The notes beneath the pieces were generated by a model. The model had not been told where the DNA came from. It searched no databases and worked only from the letters and a program-made list of their open reading frames with translations. The position numbers and the translations under genes are program-made. From Eutreptiella sp. 'Long Island Sound 2002' (lineage: Eukaryota > Protista > Euglenida), in contig OZ038378.1 in assembly GCA_964036045.1 (NCBI GenBank), forward strand, positions 178,002,001 through 178,066,000: 64,000 nucleotides of DNA. The letters are read 5' to 3'. Position 1 is the stretch's first letter. Every line of letters begins with the position of its first letter. Shown here piece by piece: positions 62,052 to 64,000 of the stretch.

Positions 62052-63377
62052 GCCGCTCTGCAACCACACCTGCACATTGTGCCGGGGATTGAAAGACACA
62101 CACACCGCGCGCACATACAGACATAAGGGAGGCACAAAAATGCGAGCAAGCGCACCAAGAGTATCAAACGTCTGGTCACTGTTACAGTTCCAGGCTCTGC
62201 ATACCAAACTCTGTGGCCCCTAAGCCCATCACAAGCAGCTGTCCAATGTCTTTAGTGTCACTATGCCCGAGTGTACATAATTGCTGTGTGTTGCACCTAT
62301 GGTCATTGTGCCCAGTGCTGTTTTACTGTTGAGGCTGTTTCTTCCACCTTTTGATCCATCTTATGATAGATTGTGTTTATTCACAGGGCATGTGCCGTAA
62401 CAGTATACAGGGCAAAGGTTGCAAAGGTTGTAAGAAAATGGGAACTACGTGTTTCAATAACATGTCAATTAGCAGATTACCCCCTGTACAAGATGCTTTG
62501 GCTATGCAATATTTTCAATAAAATGGAGTGTTTGGTGGGTTTTGAGAAACGTGGTTAAAATGAGTGGGGAGGAGGAGGAGGGATCGGGGGTGACCCCTCC
62601 CCTGAGCTGCGGTTCTTAGTAGGTTCTAGTCCCGCATGTTGGACCCAGACCAAATCGTTTGCATGTTGGCAACGTCTCAGAGTTGGACTCTCCAGGACCC
62701 AGCCCCACCCTCTGGACAAGCGAGTAAGAACAACTGCGTTGTCTGGGCTACTCACCAGCGCTGACCCGCCCCCCCACTGAGCCAAGCCTGGGCAGGGCAA
62801 AGAGAATGTGGTGCAGCCATGAACGACAACCAGAACCTTATGCACAATGATACCCCGCAACGGCCCAACCCCAGGGCGCCGTAAGATGAGAGAAAAAACA
62901 CAGGTTGGCACACACCACGCCTATTTGAGGAGCTCAATGGTCGGTACTGATTAACTGAATGTCTCCGCCATAGACCCTTTCAGCCGTTATTTCATTGGGT
63001 TGCATTTTGACATGCGCTCATCAAGTATTGCAGTACACACTGCTGTACAACAACTGGTCATTGGTGAGTACCATACAGTGCGCCGGGTGGCGCCAAGCAG
63101 TCCAGATCAAAGAGCATTAGACGCCAGCCGATGACCGCCCATATACTACTACTTGCACACTCCCCGTGGGCTGCAAAGCATGGCACTCCTTCAGCCTAAC
63201 CCTGGGCAGAGGCTATTTAATTTCAATCAGTGTGTGCAACATGCAAGGTTGGGAGTGTCATGAGGACAAAGTAGCACGATAAAGCGTGCTTCCCAGCAGT
63301 CGCTGAGGACTGATGCGGTGTTGACCCTGGTGCTAGGCCCATGTAAAAAGAACGGGTCCCGATGGGCACCATGTCTT

Positions 63378-63450
63378 GCCCTCCAACAGGGTTTGAACCA
63401 GACCATCTGGCGTGACAGCCTGGCATGATACTAGTGTGCTATGTTGCAGA
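63378..63450 (-). pseudogene. Degenerate tRNA-Asp(GTC)-like sequence / SINE head
   Basis: ATAG...AGTATC...GGCTGTCACGCC..GGTTCAAACCC..GGAG follows the eukaryotic tRNA-Asp layout; stems are broken. Confidence 0.55.
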
Positions 63451-63584
63451 CATCAGAAACCGGTCATCAAAACCACAACTTTCTAATAAAGGAAATTGCG
63501 TGCATGTAACACGGCTCTTTCTCAGTAAGCACAGAGTTGATCTGGATGGGGACGGGCTCCCCGTTGCTGCAGGTCGTGAGCTAC

Positions 63585-63630
63585 ATCTTGATTCGAACCT
63601 GGTCTCCTGTGACAGCAAGGTATGTTCCTC
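63585..63630 (-). pseudogene. Second tRNA-Asp-like 3' half
   Basis: CCTTGCTGTCACAGGAGACCAGGTTCGAATC resembles the anticodon arm, variable loop and T arm of tRNA-Asp. Confidence 0.5.
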
Positions 63631-64000
63631 CTGTGCCTTGTTGGTGTAATTTCATGCACACGGGGGACAAAAAATTGTGTCGCATCTAGTGCTATCAAAG
63701 GCCGGCTGTCGCGCTTAGAATCAAAAACTCCACGAGTCATCGTCTCCGCACCTGGGGGAGACAAGGAGACGATGTAGTCAATGTTTGTATCGCACATGTG
63801 TGGGAGTGGTGTGGGAGTGGCAATACAGTATGCACAATGTAGCATGCTTTCCCATATGACCTGCGACCCAGGTTGGGGCACAATATCACCGAATGGCGCG
63901 ACATCTACATTGACCATGTGAGTGAGCGGACGAGCTAGCCTGCTTGACGGCGGGACACCCTTTCTGGGCAAATGGGCCAAAAAGTGGAAAGAATGATATG

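Overview
Repeat-rich eukaryotic genomic DNA. It is not prokaryotic. A euglenid-type protist is my inference, from GC-rich exons in long, repeat-filled GT-AG introns and a splice-acceptor-like site just upstream of each start ATG. Three spliced genes can be rebuilt by hand on the minus strand. (1) A kinesin-fold gene (exons 6167-5508 and 3040-2762) in which the P-loop, switch I and switch II are all degenerate. (2) A gene of at least 27 kb (51334 to at least 24615) encoding a Ser/Arg-rich N-terminus, 24-aa repeats, an EF-hand-like helical domain, LRRs and EF-hands. Its first intron region holds a six-copy 1.67-kb tandem array. Each copy carries a candidate in-frame repeat exon and a MITE-like junction element, and the copies alternate in an A/B pattern. 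(3) An F-box-like/RNI-type LRR gene (62051-58002). The rest is mostly decayed L1/Tx1-like LINEs (ORF1, APE, RT, zf-RVT and a C-terminal RNase H resembling cellular RNase H1). Three of these are stacked head-to-tail and share a hairpin-rich 3' end, and two of those carry an embedded tRNA-like segment. Also present: poly-C/poly-G TIR MITEs, tRNA-Asp-derived relics, microsatellites and a possible small-exon plus-strand gene fragment near 54 kb. All calls come from reading the sequence by eye; no searches or alignments were run.
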